From assembly GCF_004010195.1 (NCBI RefSeq), contig NC_057728.1:50860048-50924047 (forward strand): a stretch of 64,000 bases of DNA, in the 5' to 3' direction. The DNA comes from Chiloscyllium plagiosum (taxonomy: Eukaryota). Below are positions 12,335 through 26,289 of the stretch, in pieces. The translations under genes and the position numbers were made by a program. Within the stretch, counting starts at the first letter, position 1, and every line of letters starts with the position of its first letter. The notes beneath the pieces are model-generated. The model ran no database searches, was not told where the DNA came from, and saw only the letters and a program-made list of their open reading frames with translations.

Positions 12335-12905
12335 ATATGAAATAGGAACAGGAATAGGCCATTTGGCCCCTCAGACCTACTCTACCATTCAAAAGGATCA
12401 TGATTGATCCAATAATCCTCACGTCCACTTTCTAGCCTTTTCCCCATAAGCCTTGATTCCTCGACTGATCAAAAATCTAACTACCTCAGCCTGAAATATA
12501 CACAAGGTCTCTGCACTGCACAGTTCTCTGTGGCAAGGAGTTCCAAAGACTCACAATCCTCTGAGAGAGCAAATTCCTCCTCATTTCAGTCTTAAATTTG
12601 TGCCCCTTTATTCTGAGGCTATGCCCTTTGGTCTTAGACCCTCACATGAGGGGAAACATCCTCTCAGCATTTAACCTGTCAAGCTCTTTAAGAAAAAGTG
12701 AGGGCTGCAGATGCTGGAGATCAGAGCTGAAAATGGGCTTATGCCCGAAACGTCGATTCTCCTGTACCTTGGATGCTGCCTGACCTGCTGCACTTTTCCA
12801 GCAACACAATTTCAAGCCCTTTAAGAACCCTATATTTTTCATTGAGATCACCTCTTATGCTTCTAAAATCAGTGGGTAGAGTCCCACTTATCCTTAGTTT
12901 GTCCT
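12335..12905 (-). mobile_element. CR1-like 3' fragment with a Penelope-terminus insert (12695-12811)
   Basis: CR1 3' motifs. The insert is flanked by a 16-bp direct repeat tcaagc(t/c)ctttaagaa at 12679-12694 and 12812-12827. Confidence 0.7.
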
Positions 12906-13456
12906 GAGAAGCCAAAGTCGAGTAACTAGATACTACCTGACAGCTCTCTGCACATTTCATTCCTTGACTTAAGAAAAGTAAAGACTTCAAGCATCAGATC
13001 TGAAATACTTTGAGAACATTCCCTCAACTTAAGCACCTCACATCAGCATGGAGGCTTAGTTCACTGCAGACAGTACAGATTTCATTGATTAAGGACTTAA
13101 ACAAATCAAGTTTAAAATAATATCAGCAGCTTTCTTTCATGAACAAAGTTTATAATGTTACTCACTAATGCTTACTAGTGCATTATACAGTGGTAATTAA
13201 TAAAATAAGTGAATCCAAATCACTTTTGTACTGTGCACCAACCATAGGAGGTGGTCCATCAGTTGTGGTCAGGTCCGAATGGATATAACCACTAGACTGG
13301 GTGCACAGCAAGTGGTGAGGTGTCCAACAAGAGAGAAAACTATCCTTGACCTCTTCTTCATCAACCTCTCACCAGCTTCATTGGCGTATTTTTCTCAAGT
13401 ACATACTGGAGTCATTGTAACAATGTCAGCCAGGTGGATCTCAAAGAATATGAGTT

Positions 13457-13640
13457 TCCTGATTGGGGCTGTTAACCCGGTCCAATCAGGGAGCCCTGGC
13501 TGACAGATAAGAACAGGAGTGTTAGACATCCTGTTCACACTGAGACATGGCTCTGAAGGAGCTAGATCAGTATCAAGGACTGTACAATAAAGTAAATGGT
13601 AACTTAGTGACAGGATGCTGGCCTCTGTGGAGTTATTTCA
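13457..13640 (+). mobile_element. Partial LTR-like repeat (3' part)
   Basis: Inverted CCAAT pair (cctgattgg...ccaatcagg), AATAAA signal and terminal ...gagttatttCA; family assignment is from recall only. Confidence 0.45.
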
Positions 13641-16471
13641 TATGTCATTCAAATTACTTTGTATTCACCCCTCATTCTCTTTTTAAGGGGCAGAAGGATG
13701 AAAAGATCCTCTTTCATTGTTATGTCCTTTAAAACCACGTGCACAAAGCAATCAGCTGGGCTGTGTCTGTCACATCAATGGATACATCGAACTGCAGAGA
13801 GAAGTGTTTATAGCCCTTCAGGTCCTGCTGCAGAGGTCTGTGGATAAAGATTCCACTCGCGTCGTCACTGTGGAAGCATGAAGTGCTGTTCGTATTTATT
13901 CTATATTCTTAAAAGTCTGTGAATAAAGAGGCAGTGACCACAATCATTATTTATTTGATTACTTCGCGATTTGTGAATGCTATCTTGTGTTTTCCAGAAG
14001 CTGGCAAACATGAAATGATATTTCGGTGTCGCCTCACCTTTTGCAGCTGGTTAAAAAAACATGACTGTAGCGTTTTCACCACAGCCTTCTGCTCTTCACC
14101 TTCCTTTGTTTGAAGCACGCTGTTCAAGGGAACACTGCCCTTGAATTTACTCTACCCCATTGTATGGTGTTGTCCCAAATTCCCTTTTTTTACTTATCAG
14201 TATATTTAAGTGACGTGCAAGGCAAACACTTTGATCTTTTACGTTTGTGACCAGAAATTAATTTCCCCTTCTGTTGGACATTTTTGTTTTGTTTCTCAAT
14301 AGTCCAGGTTCATCACTTATCATTATTACATCAGCTTGTAACTTGTGGAGTTTCTTTGCCACTGGTCATGCTGCAGGTCAGCCTCTGGATCTGCATCTCT
14401 GGAACATCTGGAATGTTGCTACTGCTTTTGCGTGTGGAAGCATGGGATGTCATTCTTTGATGTTGATTTGTTTCCGGGGCCTATGGTCGGCTTGTGTTGC
14501 TCGGATATTGAATGTGGGCATGACAGTGCTGCCTGTAATTATTCTTCATCCTGCACAGCCCAATAAACAAGCAGCTGAAGCAAATAAACACATATCTACA
14601 GATATTGGGCAGAGAAACTGAACTAGAAGAGCTGCTCTTGCATAGACATGATAGGAAAAGCATCCTATGCTCTTAATACATCAGTTCCTAATATAGTTCT
14701 TATTCATTTGTTCACACTGCCACCACAAATCTTACTTTCCCCTGCAATTCCAGTCCATTTGAACGAAACTGAAATATGATGCAACAAGTTCGCAGAGCCT
14801 GTTAAGAGCATGTACTTTTCTCCAAATATTTTCTCGAAGCAGAATCTAAGCAGCAGCATGATATTTGACGTATGCATCATGAAGGAATGTGGGCAAGTGC
14901 TAAGATCAACTGTCAGAGATTGTCCACTTGACCAGTTCTCACAATCTCATGTTGGAGACCATGGATGCAGGTGGATCCACAGTGTCATGAGGGAGGTGGT
15001 TCCAAGACATTGATCCAGTGACACTGAAGGAATGTTGATATATTTCCATGTCAGGATAAAGGAGTGATTACCTTCCTCGGATAATACGTCATGGCCTGCC
15101 AAGTAAAAGGGACTTACAGGAGCAGGTATGTAAACAGTTGAATTGTGGCAGAATAGTTGTTGGACATTTCAACTTTCCTAACATTAACTGGGACTGCCTT
15201 AGTGTGAAAGGATCAGACAGGTGGAAGTTTTAAAGTGTCCAGAGAGCTTTTCGTGCCAGTACATAAATAGACCTATTAGAGATGGGGCAATGTTTGACCT
15301 AATCCAAGGGATTGAAGTCAGTCAAATGGGTGAAGCTTTAGTGGGTGAGTATTTTGGGGATAGTGACCATAACTCTTGTAAGTTTCAAAGAGATTATAGA
15401 AAGGATAGGGACAGTGCAGAAGTTAAAGTGTCTAAATTAGGAGAAGGTTGATTTTAATATCTTTAGACAAGATCTGCTAAGGGGCAGCTACCTGAAGATA
15501 TGTCTACATTTGGGAAAGTGGGAATCTTTTTAAGGTATATCGTGAAAATTCAGGTTCAGTATGTTCCTCTAAGAGAGAAGGGAGGGTCCAGAGAGCCATG
15601 GATGCCAGGGATATTGAGAGTTTTGTAAAGTAAAGGAAGGATGCATCTGCCAAGTGCAGCACATTAAAAACCCTTCAGAAATATACAGAGTATAGAGGTT
15701 ACTTGAAAAGGAAATTAGCAGAGCAAAGAGGGGCCACAAAATATTTGTGGCAGATGGGATCAGGAAAAATCCCCAAGGCTTTTTATGAGTATGTTAAGAG
15801 TAAGAGGATTACCAGGGAAAGAGTGGGATCTGTTAGAGACTGCAGGGGCAACCTGTGCATGGAGCCAGTGGACATGGGTGAGGTCTTTGATGAATACTTC
15901 TCATCTGGATTCACAAAGTAGAAAGATGTTGTAGCCAGGGATTTCAGTTGGGATTGTGAGGTTCTAGAACATGTTAAAATAAATAAGAAGGAGGTTTTAA
16001 TGGGCAAAAAGATGTACACATCCCAGGGTCTGATGAGATGCATCTCAGGATGCTATGGGAGGCGATAAAGGAGATTGCTGGGGCTCTGATAAAGATATTT
16101 AATACTTTGCTGGCCATAGATGAAGTGCCAGATGACTGGAGGATAGCCAATGTGGTTCCTTTGTTCAAGAAGGGCAGCACAGATAGACAAGGTAATTACC
16201 AATTAGTTAGTCTGACATCAGTGGCAGGGAAATTTATTGGAAAAAAATCTAAAGGACAGGATTAATCAACACTTGGAAAGGCTGGAATTGATCAAGGAGT
16301 GTCAGCATAGATTTGTTGGATAGAGATCCTGCCTGATTGATTCAATTGCGTTTTTTTGAAACAGTGACTATTCATGAGGGTAGTACAGTTGATGTGGTTC
16401 AGATGGACTTCAATAAGGCCTTTGACAGGGTTCCACATGGAAGGTCCCACCATTCTGAAGAACGGTCACTC

Positions 16472-16775
16472 GGGTGGCACGGTGGCTCAGTGGTTAGCAC
16501 TGCTGCCTCACAGCGCCAGGGTTCCAGGTTCGATTCCAGCCTCGGGCGACTGTGTGGAGTGCACATTCTCCCTGTTTCTGTGTGGGTTTCCTCCGGGTGC
16601 TCTGGTTTCCTCCCACATTCCAAAGATGTGCAATTCAGGTGAATTGGTCATGCTAAATTGCCCGTAGTGTTAGGGGCATTAGTCAGAGGAGGGTGGGTTA
16701 CTCTTTGGAGGGTCGGTGTGGACTTGTTGGGCCGAAGGGCTTGTTTCCACACTGTAGGGAACCTAATCTAATCTA
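16472..16775 (+). mobile_element. HE1-type SINE nested in a Penelope-type terminus nested in CR1
   Basis: A box TGGCTCAGTGG, B box GGTTCGATTCC and a (CTAAT)n tail. Confidence 0.9.
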
Positions 16776-17522
16776 AAAATTGAAACGTTAACTCTGATTT
16801 CTTTCCACAGATCCTGCCAGACCTGATGAGCTTTTCCAGCAATTTGTGTTTTTGTTCCTCACACAGAAGGCTGGTTCAAAAGGTAAGACCTCATGGGATC
16901 CAAGGCAAATTGGCAAACTGGATCCAAAATTGGTTGACAAATAGGAGGAGCAAAGGGTGATGCTGGAGGGTTGTTTTTGTGATTGGAAACCTGTGATCAA
17001 TGGTGTCCCAGAAGGATCAGTGCTGAGACTCTTACTGTTTGTCATTTACATTAACAACTTAGATATGAATGTAGAATGTATAATTAATAAGTTTGCAGAT
17101 GACATGAAAGTTGGTGGTGCTGTTGATAATGAGGAGAATGCTCTCAGGCTATACTGCAGCCTGATTGATCAGCTGATAATCTGGCAGAGCAATGGAAGGG
17201 GGAGTTTAGTCTCAATTAATGTTAGGTGATGCATTTTGAGAGGTCTAATAAGAGAAGTATATACACAATGAAGGTAGGTCCCTAGGGAGTACTGAGGAAC
17301 AAAGGGATCTAGGTATACAAGGCCATAGATCCCTGAAGGTGTCAGCAGAGGTAGACAGAGTAGTGAAGAAAGTATGCAGATGTTTGCCTTAATTAGCCTA
17401 GGCGTAGAATATAGAAGCAAAAGTGTTTCATTATAATTTTATAAAACATTGGTTAGGCCACGAGTGGGGTACTGTGTGCGGTTCTGGTTGCCACACTATC
17501 AGAAGGACTTGGTTCTACTGGA

Positions 17523-17588
17523 GAGTGTACAGAGGAGATTCAACAGCATGGTGCCGAGTGTACAGAGGAGATTCAACAGCATGGTGCC
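17523..17588. repeat. Perfect 33-bp tandem duplication inside CR1
   Basis: gagtgtacagaggagattcaacagcatggtgcc occurs twice in tandem. Confidence 0.95.
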
Positions 17589-18034
17589 TGAAATGAAATG
17601 TTTCAGTGATGAGGAGACAGTGGATAGGCAGCGTTTATTTTCCTTGGACCAGAGAAGGCTGAGGAAAAATCTGATTGAGGGACATAAAATTGTGAAAGGT
17701 ATACACAGAGTAAATCATTAAAATCTCTTCCCTGTGGCAGACGTGAGGAGCAAGTAGTTTAGAGGAGATATGAGAAAAAATTCTTCCACTCAGAGAGTGA
17801 TAGCTATATGGAATGTGCTGCCTGTGAGGTACTCTCCCAACATTTAAGAACCATCTGGATGAGAATTTAAAATTCCAGGGTGTAGTAGACAATGGGCCAA
17901 GTGCAGGTAAATGGAATGAGTGTCATTTGGTATTTGTTGGTCAGCATAGACACGGTGGGCTGAAGGGCCTCAATCTATGCTGTGTGAATCCAAGACTCTA
18001 GGATGGCAAGTTGGTGGTGTTCCCTTCTTTCTTG

Positions 18035-19690
18035 TTGTGGATGGCTATTGCCTGGAACTTCTGTGGTATGAATATCACTTGCCACTTGTTAACCCAAGCA
18101 TGGATATCATCTAGGTCTTGTTGTATTTGTACGTGGTCTGCTTCAGAATTGGGAGAATCACAAACATTGTACAATCATCAGTGAAGATCCCCACTTCTGA
18201 CCTTATGATGGAGGGAAGGTCATTGAGAAAGCAGCTGATGTTTGGACTGAGGAGACTAACCTGAGGGACTCCTGCAGAGTTGTACTGGAGCTGAGATAAC
18301 TGACCTTCAACAACCTCAACCATCTTCCTTTGTGTCAGGTATGACTCCAACCAGCAGAAAGATTTCTCTCTGATTTCCAGCAACTCAGGTTTTGCTAGGG
18401 CTCCTTGATACCACATCAATCCAATGCAGTCTTGATGTCAAGAGCCGTCTCTCCCACCATACCTCTGGAATTCACCTCTTTTGTCCATGTTTGAACCAAA
18501 GCTGTAATGAAGTCGGAGCCCTGTCATATTCCAAGCTGGGGGTTGGGGAGCAGGTGCTGCTTGATAGCACTGTTGATGACACCTTCCATCACTTTACTGA
18601 GGATTGAGTAAACTGATGGGGCGGTAATTGGCCAGGTTAGATTTATCCTGCTTTTTATGTATGAGACATACCTAGACAATTTTCCACATTGTCGGATAGA
18701 TGCCAGTGTTGTGACGGGACTGGAACAGCCTGGCTGGGGCAAAACATGTTCTGGAGTACAAATCTTCATTACTGTTGCCTGGATGTTGTCAAGACCCATA
18801 AGATTTGCAGTATCCAATGCCTTCAGCCTATTCTTGAGATCACATGGTGTAAATTGAATTGGTTGAAGACCAGCACCTATGATGCAGGAGGGGGCTGAGA
18901 TGAATCATCCACTTGGTACTTCTAGCTGACGGGTTCTTGGAAATGCTTCAGCTTTATCTTTTGTCCTGTATGGCTGAGCTCCCTCATCATTGGGGTTGGG
19001 GGATGGTTGTGGAGCCTCCTTCTCCAATCAGTTGTTGAATTGTCCACCAACATTCATGATTGGATGTGGCAGGACTACAGAGCTTAGTGGTCAGCCTTAC
19101 CATGACTTTCATGGAGAGGTGCATCTATGCCAGACAGGTTGGTAAGAAAAGGTGAAGGATCCTCTTGGTCTCCTCACCACTTGTCACAGACTCAGTCTAG
19201 CAGTTATATCCTTTAGGACCTGACCAGCTCAATCAGTAGTGGTGTTATTGAACTACTTTTGAACAGATGGACACTGAAGACTCCTATATTCTATGCCTCA
19301 GCCACCTTCAGTGCTTCTTCCAAGTGTTGTTCAACATGAAGGATTACTGTCAGCAAGAAACTTCCTTGCTCATCTTTGACCAGGTGCCATGAGTTTTCAT
19401 GGAACATAGGGTCAATGTTAAGGACTCCAAGGACAACTCCCTTCTTGACCTCTATGCCAACCACTTTTTCAGGGTCTGTCCTGCTGGTGGTAGGGAGGGG
19501 GTTGGGTGTAATATCCAGGGATGGTGATGAAGTTGCTGAGAGATAGCATATGATTTCATGAATATGATTATGTTGTTGCTTGACTAATTTGTGAGACAGC
19601 TCTCCCAATTTTGACAATAACCACTCAGATGTTAGTAAGGAGGACTTTGCAAGATCGACAGGGCTGTCTTTGCCATCAGACAATCCATCT
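18035..19690 (-). mobile_element. Non-LTR retrotransposon (second LINE family), endonuclease/RT remnant
   Basis: Minus-strand ORF fragments WLESYLTQRKM...AGVPQVSLL...IFTDDCT and SILSKVMEGVINSAIKQHL. Confidence 0.8.
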
Positions 19691-19746
19691 AGTTTTATTC
19701 CTTTGTGAGACTTCCTAGTGATTTATACAACTGGTTTACTTGAAAG

Positions 19747-19781
19747 CACTAGCTTTCGGAGCACTGCTCCTTCATCAAGTG
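19747..19781 (-). ncRNA. Minimal hammerhead-ribozyme-like motif in a Penelope terminus fragment (C3U variant)
   Basis: Minus strand reads cac-UUGAUGA-a-GGAGC-agu-GCUCC-GAAA-GCUA-gug. Confidence 0.55.
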
Positions 19782-21479
19782 GTTGTGGAGTATAAGTTTA
19801 TCCAACCGCATGACTTGTTCAGCCATTTGTGAGGGCAGTTAAGAGTCAATTACTCCACTATGCATCCGAAATTGCATGGGCCAGGCTAGGTGAGTTAATT
19901 AAGAGCATTATTGAACCAAATGAACTTTTTAACAAACATTATAATCAACACTGGTTTCATGGCAGACTGTTTATGCCAGATTTGTATTGAATTCAAATTT
20001 CACCAGCTACTATAGTGGGATTGAACCGAATAATGCTAAGTGTGTCTTTGGATTAATAGCCCAGCACAATATCACTAGGCCAGTGCCTGCCCTCAGTTGA
20101 GAACGTGGGAGCATTAAAGTTAGAGCTCAGTTGCTGTGTGTAAGCACGACTTAATACAAAGTGAAGGGGAAATCTGGAACTCTCCCTCTTAAAAAGCAGC
20201 AAAGGTCAGTGAAAAAACTTAAAAACATTTAGGTGATATGCAACAAGGACAGGTGGGTACAAGTGAAAACTCAATCAATCCTAATCAAACTGAATGAGAA
20301 AACAGGCTTGAGAGGCTGAATAACTTTTTCCAGTCCCTGTCTATTCCCTGGATAACGTTGCTCCCCTCCTCCGTGAAAATGGATTCAAGTTACAAGCTTT
20401 CCATTGGAACTTTGTCAAACAATCTTTGGAAGTTCTGGTTTGTCATTTGTGGGTTCTCCATGGTTAGGTGAGGATGCCACTTTCTCAAATGAAGGAACGT
20501 CTGTGCCATCTGAATGCATAATGTCTGCTGCTGACCAAGTTGTTGTTGTAACAGCAGTTTTTCTCTGCTGCTGAGACCCTCATTTGTGTTTTTGATAACG
20601 CCAGGTATTAGTTTTCTGAGGCACTCCAGCCTGGCCTTTCATGTCCTGTAAAATTTGATGTCAAGAAAAATGTGCTAACTTGTGCCAATTCATCCAGAGG
20701 GTGGTGAGAATCTCAAGCTCACTACCTGTAAGAGTGGCAGAGGCAGAAATCTCATAACATTTATGAAGTATTTTGATATGTGCTTGTGATGCCAATGCAT
20801 GCAAAGCTATGCACTGTGTGCTTGAAAATGGAATATGTGTTTTTTTAACCAGAAAGGAGGTGATGGGCTGGAGGATCATTTTCTGTGCTCTAGATGTCTA
20901 TGACTCTACTCGCTTTCACCCCACCCCGTGCTCATGAGAGACTTTGCCTTCGGATTAAGCAATTACTCAATTTTAAAAATTAAAATCCCCTCCCTGACTG
21001 TCACTCCTTCAAGTGACTCCTTGAAATATTTGACGAAACTTTGTGTCCTTTGACTTAATATATTCTTCCGCGTCAAACTGTATTCATTAATATTTCTGCA
21101 AAGTGCCCGGGGATTGCATTATGACCCGAAGGTGCTATTTAAATAAAGCTGTTGTTGTAATCGTGCTGGTGAGTTCATTGATCGTAGGGCGAGCGTTGGG
21201 AACGAGATGAACAGACCGGTAATCATTTGTCAACCTTTTTTATTTGAGCATGGGCAGCAGATTTCGGGAGCAGGAGAATCATTACCCTCCAGATATTGGT
21301 GAGTTCAGTCAAAGATATTGTGAGTTCCTCATAAGAATTGCTGTTAGAGTAGGCGGATGGGAATGAGGGGGGGAAAAATGTTTGGGTTTTTGAGTTTATT
21401 TGGAAAGAACTTGCTGAAATAAATCTGAAACCCCTGGCACAAATCTCCAACTTTGTGGATCCCGCAGTTTGAACTAGAT

Positions 21480-21830
21480 CCTGACTATGAGCTCTGGGTG
21501 TTTTATTGGGATTATTCCCAGATCCCGCATCAATGTGGATCTAAGTGCATCAGGAGCAGTCAACATAAGGGACGCCCACTCCACACACACACACAGTGAG
21601 CAGAGGATCCGGCCTGGGGTTGCCTGAGAGTGGGGATTGTGACCCCGGGGCTGAGAGCAGGGATTCTCTCCGCAGTTGCACCCGGCCTCTGTATACTGCG
21701 GCCCCTGCACTGAGTGCCTGCGGATTGAGGCTCCGGGATATACCCGAGGCCTCTTATCCTGCTCCGGGGGGAGGGCTCTCAGCTGGGTGTCCTTGTCTTT
21801 CTCTCTCTTTCTCCCCCTCCTCCTGTGAAC
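21480..21830 (+). promoter_or_regulatory. Candidate TSPAN11 promoter / non-coding first exon
   Basis: The main non-repeat GC/CpG-enriched patch between the two genes. A possible donor GTGAGC lies at 21596. The first TSPAN11 coding exon has a splice acceptor, so an upstream exon should exist. Confidence 0.4.
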
Positions 21831-22092
21831 TGACATCGTTAGACAGAATCCCTACCCCTTAGGGACTGTTCCCCTGTCCCCTTTCACTCAGCCCTCTGTC
21901 CCACCTCCAAATTCAGCAGACTCATCCACTCTTTGTCAACACTCGCCCCTTCCCTCAGCCTCACAACATCCCGAAGGGGTTTTCATCGCATCCTGGCCCA
22001 ATCTTTCCCCACCTCCCTTCAATTCCCACCAGGAAGGCAGTAATTCAGGAAGGCAGTGGTTCAAGAAGGCAGTTCACCACCATCTTCTCCAA

Positions 22093-22410
22093 GGTCTTTT
22101 CCCCCAAAGGGCGAGGGAGCCCAGAACTAGAGGGCATAGGTTTAAGGTGAGAGGGGGAAGATTTAAAAGGGTTCTAAGGGGCAACGTTTTGGCAGAGAGG
22201 GTGGTGTATGTATGGAATGAGCTGCCAGAACAAGTGGCAGAGGCCGGTACAATTACAGAATTTAAAAGGCATTCGGATGGCTACCTGCATAGGAAAGATT
22301 TAGAAGGATACGGGTCAAATGCAGGCAAGTGGGACTGGTTCAGTTTAGGAAATCTGGATGGCATGGACGAGTTGGGCTGAAGGGTCCGTTTCCATGCTCT
22401 AAGACTCTAT
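22093..22410 (+). mobile_element. CR1 3' fragment
   Basis: RVVYVWNELPEQVAEAGT followed by the 3' tail. Confidence 0.85.
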
Positions 22411-23646
22411 GGCCCAGCCCATGATGTTTGTTTCTCCGGAAGGGGTGATTATTTGGATAGAAATGGAGTGAGGGATGTGGGGAATTGGCAGGGAATTGAC
22501 TCGATGTAATAGAACAGATGTAGATGTGATGGGCCAAATGACCACCTTCTGTACCATAACAATTTTGTGAATGAATTCCAACCATGCCACAGCACTCAAA
22601 GGGTCTTATGTTACCAGTGAGGTCCTGTGTAACCGAGATAACGTAAAATAAACTTGCCCTCTTTGACCATCTCGAGTTGTCTGCTGCTTCAACACATGAT
22701 CCCACCAACCTGCTTTGACATCTCTCTCCTGTTGTCCAAATGGCTGCATTGCTCTCCCCCTTTCATTCATGGAATTGTAGCCACGTTCTCTTCCTGCTCT
22801 CACGTTGTTGCTTTGATGTTTCCCAGGAATCGTCCGTAGCCACCTCCTGCTTCTCATCTGCATGCTTCCCCTACATGACACTATCTGAAAGCACACAGCA
22901 TTAGCATTTACACGTATCCTGCTCTACCTCACCACCACTTCTCCTGACTCCTCCACTGTTGCTAAATTATCAGATTGTTCATCCAACATTACATCAACTC
23001 ACATCTAAAATCAAGCTCGACCTTTGATTATTCCACTTGTGCAAATTAAACTGTTAGTAAACAGCAAAGAAAATTTATAAATTAAATATCCTGATTGTTT
23101 TTTTTCAATTCTATCAGTGAACTTTTTAAATGTTGGATTCAGGGATTAATTTATTGGAGTACGTTTGTTTGCTATACCGACTGTTCTGTGGAAAGGTCAC
23201 TGGATCCATAACATTAACTCTGCTTTCTCTCCACAGATGCTGCCAGACCTGCTGTGTTTTTCCAGCAATTTCTGATTTTGTCTCTAATTTCCTCTCTAAT
23301 ATCCCGTTCTTTGGGGTTTTTTTTTGCTACACAGACTACTGTCTGTGACTGATTGAGAAAGGTTGAGAAAAGAGACCAGTTCATATGGTATAGTTTTGGA
23401 ACACTGAGTGCTACTGGAGGCAAGTTCACAATATTTAAAAATATATTTCTAAACAACCTGTCCAGAGATGTTATTTCACACTTCTGGAGCAAGTAGAGCC
23501 TGAACTCAGGCCTCCTGACTCTAAAGTAGGGATGCTACCACAATAGCTCCCACAAATTTATTCATTGGATGTGCCTGGTTTGCTAACTAGACCAACATTT
23601 ATTTAGAGACAAAAAAACCTGCAGATGCTGGAATCCAGGGAAGATA

Positions 23647-25082
23647 TAGTCATAGAGTTATAGAGATGTACAGCACGGAAACAGACCCTTCAGTTCAACC
23701 CATCCCTGCCGACCAGATATCCCAACCCAATCTAGTCCCAACTGCCAGTACCCTGCCCATATCCCTCCAAACCTTTCCTATTCATATACCCATCCAAATG
23801 CCTCTTAAATGTTGCAATTGTACCAGCCTCCACCACTTCCTCTGGCAGCTCATTCCATACACGTACCACCCTCTGAGTGAAAACATTGCCCCTTAGGTCT
23901 CTTTCCCCTCTCACCTTAAACCTATGCTCTCTAGTTCTGGACTCCCCCACCCCAGGGAAAAGACTTTGTCTATTTATCCTATCAATGCCCCTCATGACTT
24001 TGTAAACCTTTGTAAGGTCACCCCTCAGCCTCCAATGCTCCAGGGAAAAGAGCCCCAGCCTGTTCAGCCAATCCCTGTAGCTCAAATGCTCTAACCCTGG
24101 CAACATCCTTGTAATTCTTTTCTGAACCCTATCAAGTTTCACAACATCTTTCTGATAGGAAGGAGACCAGAATTGCACGCAATATTCCAACAGTGGCCCA
24201 ACCAATGTCCTGTACAGCCGCAACATGACCTCCCAACTCCAGTACTCCATACTCTGACCAATAAAGGAAAGCATATCAAACGTCTTCTTCACTATCCTAT
24301 CGACCTGTGACTCCACTGTCAAGGAACAATGAACCTGCACTCCAAGGTCTCTTTATTCAGCAACACTCCCTAGGACCTTACCATTAAGTGTATAAGTCCT
24401 GCTAAGATTTGTTTTCCCAAAATGCAGCACCTCACATTTATCTAAATTAAACACCCTCTGCCAATTCTCAGACTATTGGCCCATCTGATCAAGATCCCAT
24501 TATAATCTGAGGTAACCTTCTTCGCTGTCCACTACACCTCTAATTTTGGTGTCATCTGCAAACTTACTACCTATACCTCTTATGCTCACATCCCAATCAT
24601 TTATATAAATGATGAAAAATAGTGGGCCCAGCACCATTCCTTGTGGCACTCCACTGGTCACAGGCCTCCAGTCTGAAAAACAACCCTCCACCACGAGCCT
24701 CTGTCTTCTATCTTTGAGCCAGTTCTGTATCCAAATGGTGAGGTCTCCCTGTATTCCGTGAGATCTAACCTTGCTCACCAGTCTCCTATGTTAACCTTGT
24801 CGAACGCCTTACTGAAGTCCATATAGATCACACCTGCCCTCATCAATCCTCTTTGTTACTTCTTTAAAAAACTCGATCAAGTTTGTGAGACATGGTTTCC
24901 CATGCACAAAGCCATGTTGACTATCCCTAATCAGTCCTTGCCTTTCCAAATACATTTACATCCTGTTCCTCAGGATTCCCTCCAACAACTTGCCCACCAC
25001 TGAGGTCAGGCTCACTGGTCTATAGTTCCCTGGCTTGTCCTTACCACCTTTCTTAAACAGTGGCACCACATTAGTCAACCTC
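23647..25082 (-). mobile_element. CR1 LINE (RT plus 3'UTR), 5'-truncated and relatively young, inserted into a Penelope-type terminus
   Basis: Minus-strand ORFs with NYRPVSLTSV, GVPQG and FADDTK, a 202-aa C-terminal ORF and a (catagagt)n tail. The flanks (ctgcagatgctggaatcc... / ...gcaggaggctggaagaacacagc) rejoin as one element. Confidence 0.95.
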
Positions 25083-26289
25083 ATGCAGGAGGCTGGAAGA
25101 ACACAGCAAGCCAGGGCAGTATCAGGAGGTGGAGAAGTCAATGTTTCTTCAGGACTGGGAGTGGGTATAAGGGGAGCTGCAGGTAAAGGGTTTCGAGTGG
25201 ACCCTTTCTTTTATTGCCCATCCCAGATTGTTAACAGTCAATCACATTGCTGTGAGTCTGGAGTTGCGTGTAAACCAGACTGGGTAAGAATAGCTGATTA
25301 GTGAACCACTAGGGTTTTATTTTAACAACAATAGTTAAATGGTTACTATTAAGCTAGCTTTTTCCTTTTTAAATACAAATTGCACCACCTACCATGGTGG
25401 AATTCACATCCATGTCCCCAGAACGTTGCCTGGTGATGTTACCAATAAGCCAGCACCCTCTTTGTAAAGAAAGAAAGTTAAAGACAGAAAGTCACATTGC
25501 TCAAAATCAAATACAGAGAATGCTGGAGGAACACAGCAGGTTTGGCAGCATCTGTGGAGACAGAAACAGTCATACAAATTCAATTCTGGTATGACTTCTC
25601 CAGACCACATTACTTGAGTGACACCCATAACAATATGAGAAATGGAAACAGAAGCAGATTATGCAGCTGCTTGTGTCTACTGCACCATTCAGCTTAATCA
25701 GGGCCGATCTTCTACATCAGCTCCACTTTCCCACCCAATTCCTTGACTCTCTGAGAGATCAGAAATCTGTCATCCTCAGCCTTGAATACGCTCAGTGACT
25801 GAGCATCCACACCTCTCCGGGGTTGAAAATCTCAATGATTCATTAATGTCTGAATGAAGGAATTTCCCCTCTTCTCAATCATAACTGATTGATCCCTTAT
25901 CCTAACACTGTGACTCTCAGTTTTGGATTCTATAACTGGGGGAAATAGCCAGGTTTAGACGAGATCACCTCTCATTCTTGCAGACCCTGGACTGTCTTGA
26001 CCAGTTCTAGTTAACTTTTCATCCTTGTTATCTCTGAGAAGTCAATCTCATTAACTTACTCTGTGCTGTCTCCAAAACAGGTATTCCCTGAAAATAGAGA
26101 CCAAAACTGCAGCTCGAGGTAAGGTCTCTCCAAAGCTCTGTTGAACTGTAACAAGACTTCCTTATTCTTCTGCACCAAGTCTCTTATAGTGAAGGCCAAC
26201 AGGCCATTTGCCTTCTAATGTCTTGCTATGGCTCCTGCTCACATCCCGTGTGCCTTCGGCCTCTTAGAGAATGAGACTGCAGAAATAAT

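Larger units (their letters stand above)
15150..17990 (+). mobile_element. Older CR1 LINE ORF2 plus 3' end, interrupted at ~16450-16860
   Basis: GDSDHN, WRIANVVPLFKKG, MDFNKAFD, GVPEGSVL and FADDMK motifs in consecutive ORF fragments, followed by the 3' tail. Confidence 0.9.

Noticed and set aside
14274..14621. 115-aa hydrophobic ORF
   Set aside because: Non-ATG start, no recognisable family, no convincing splice signals.
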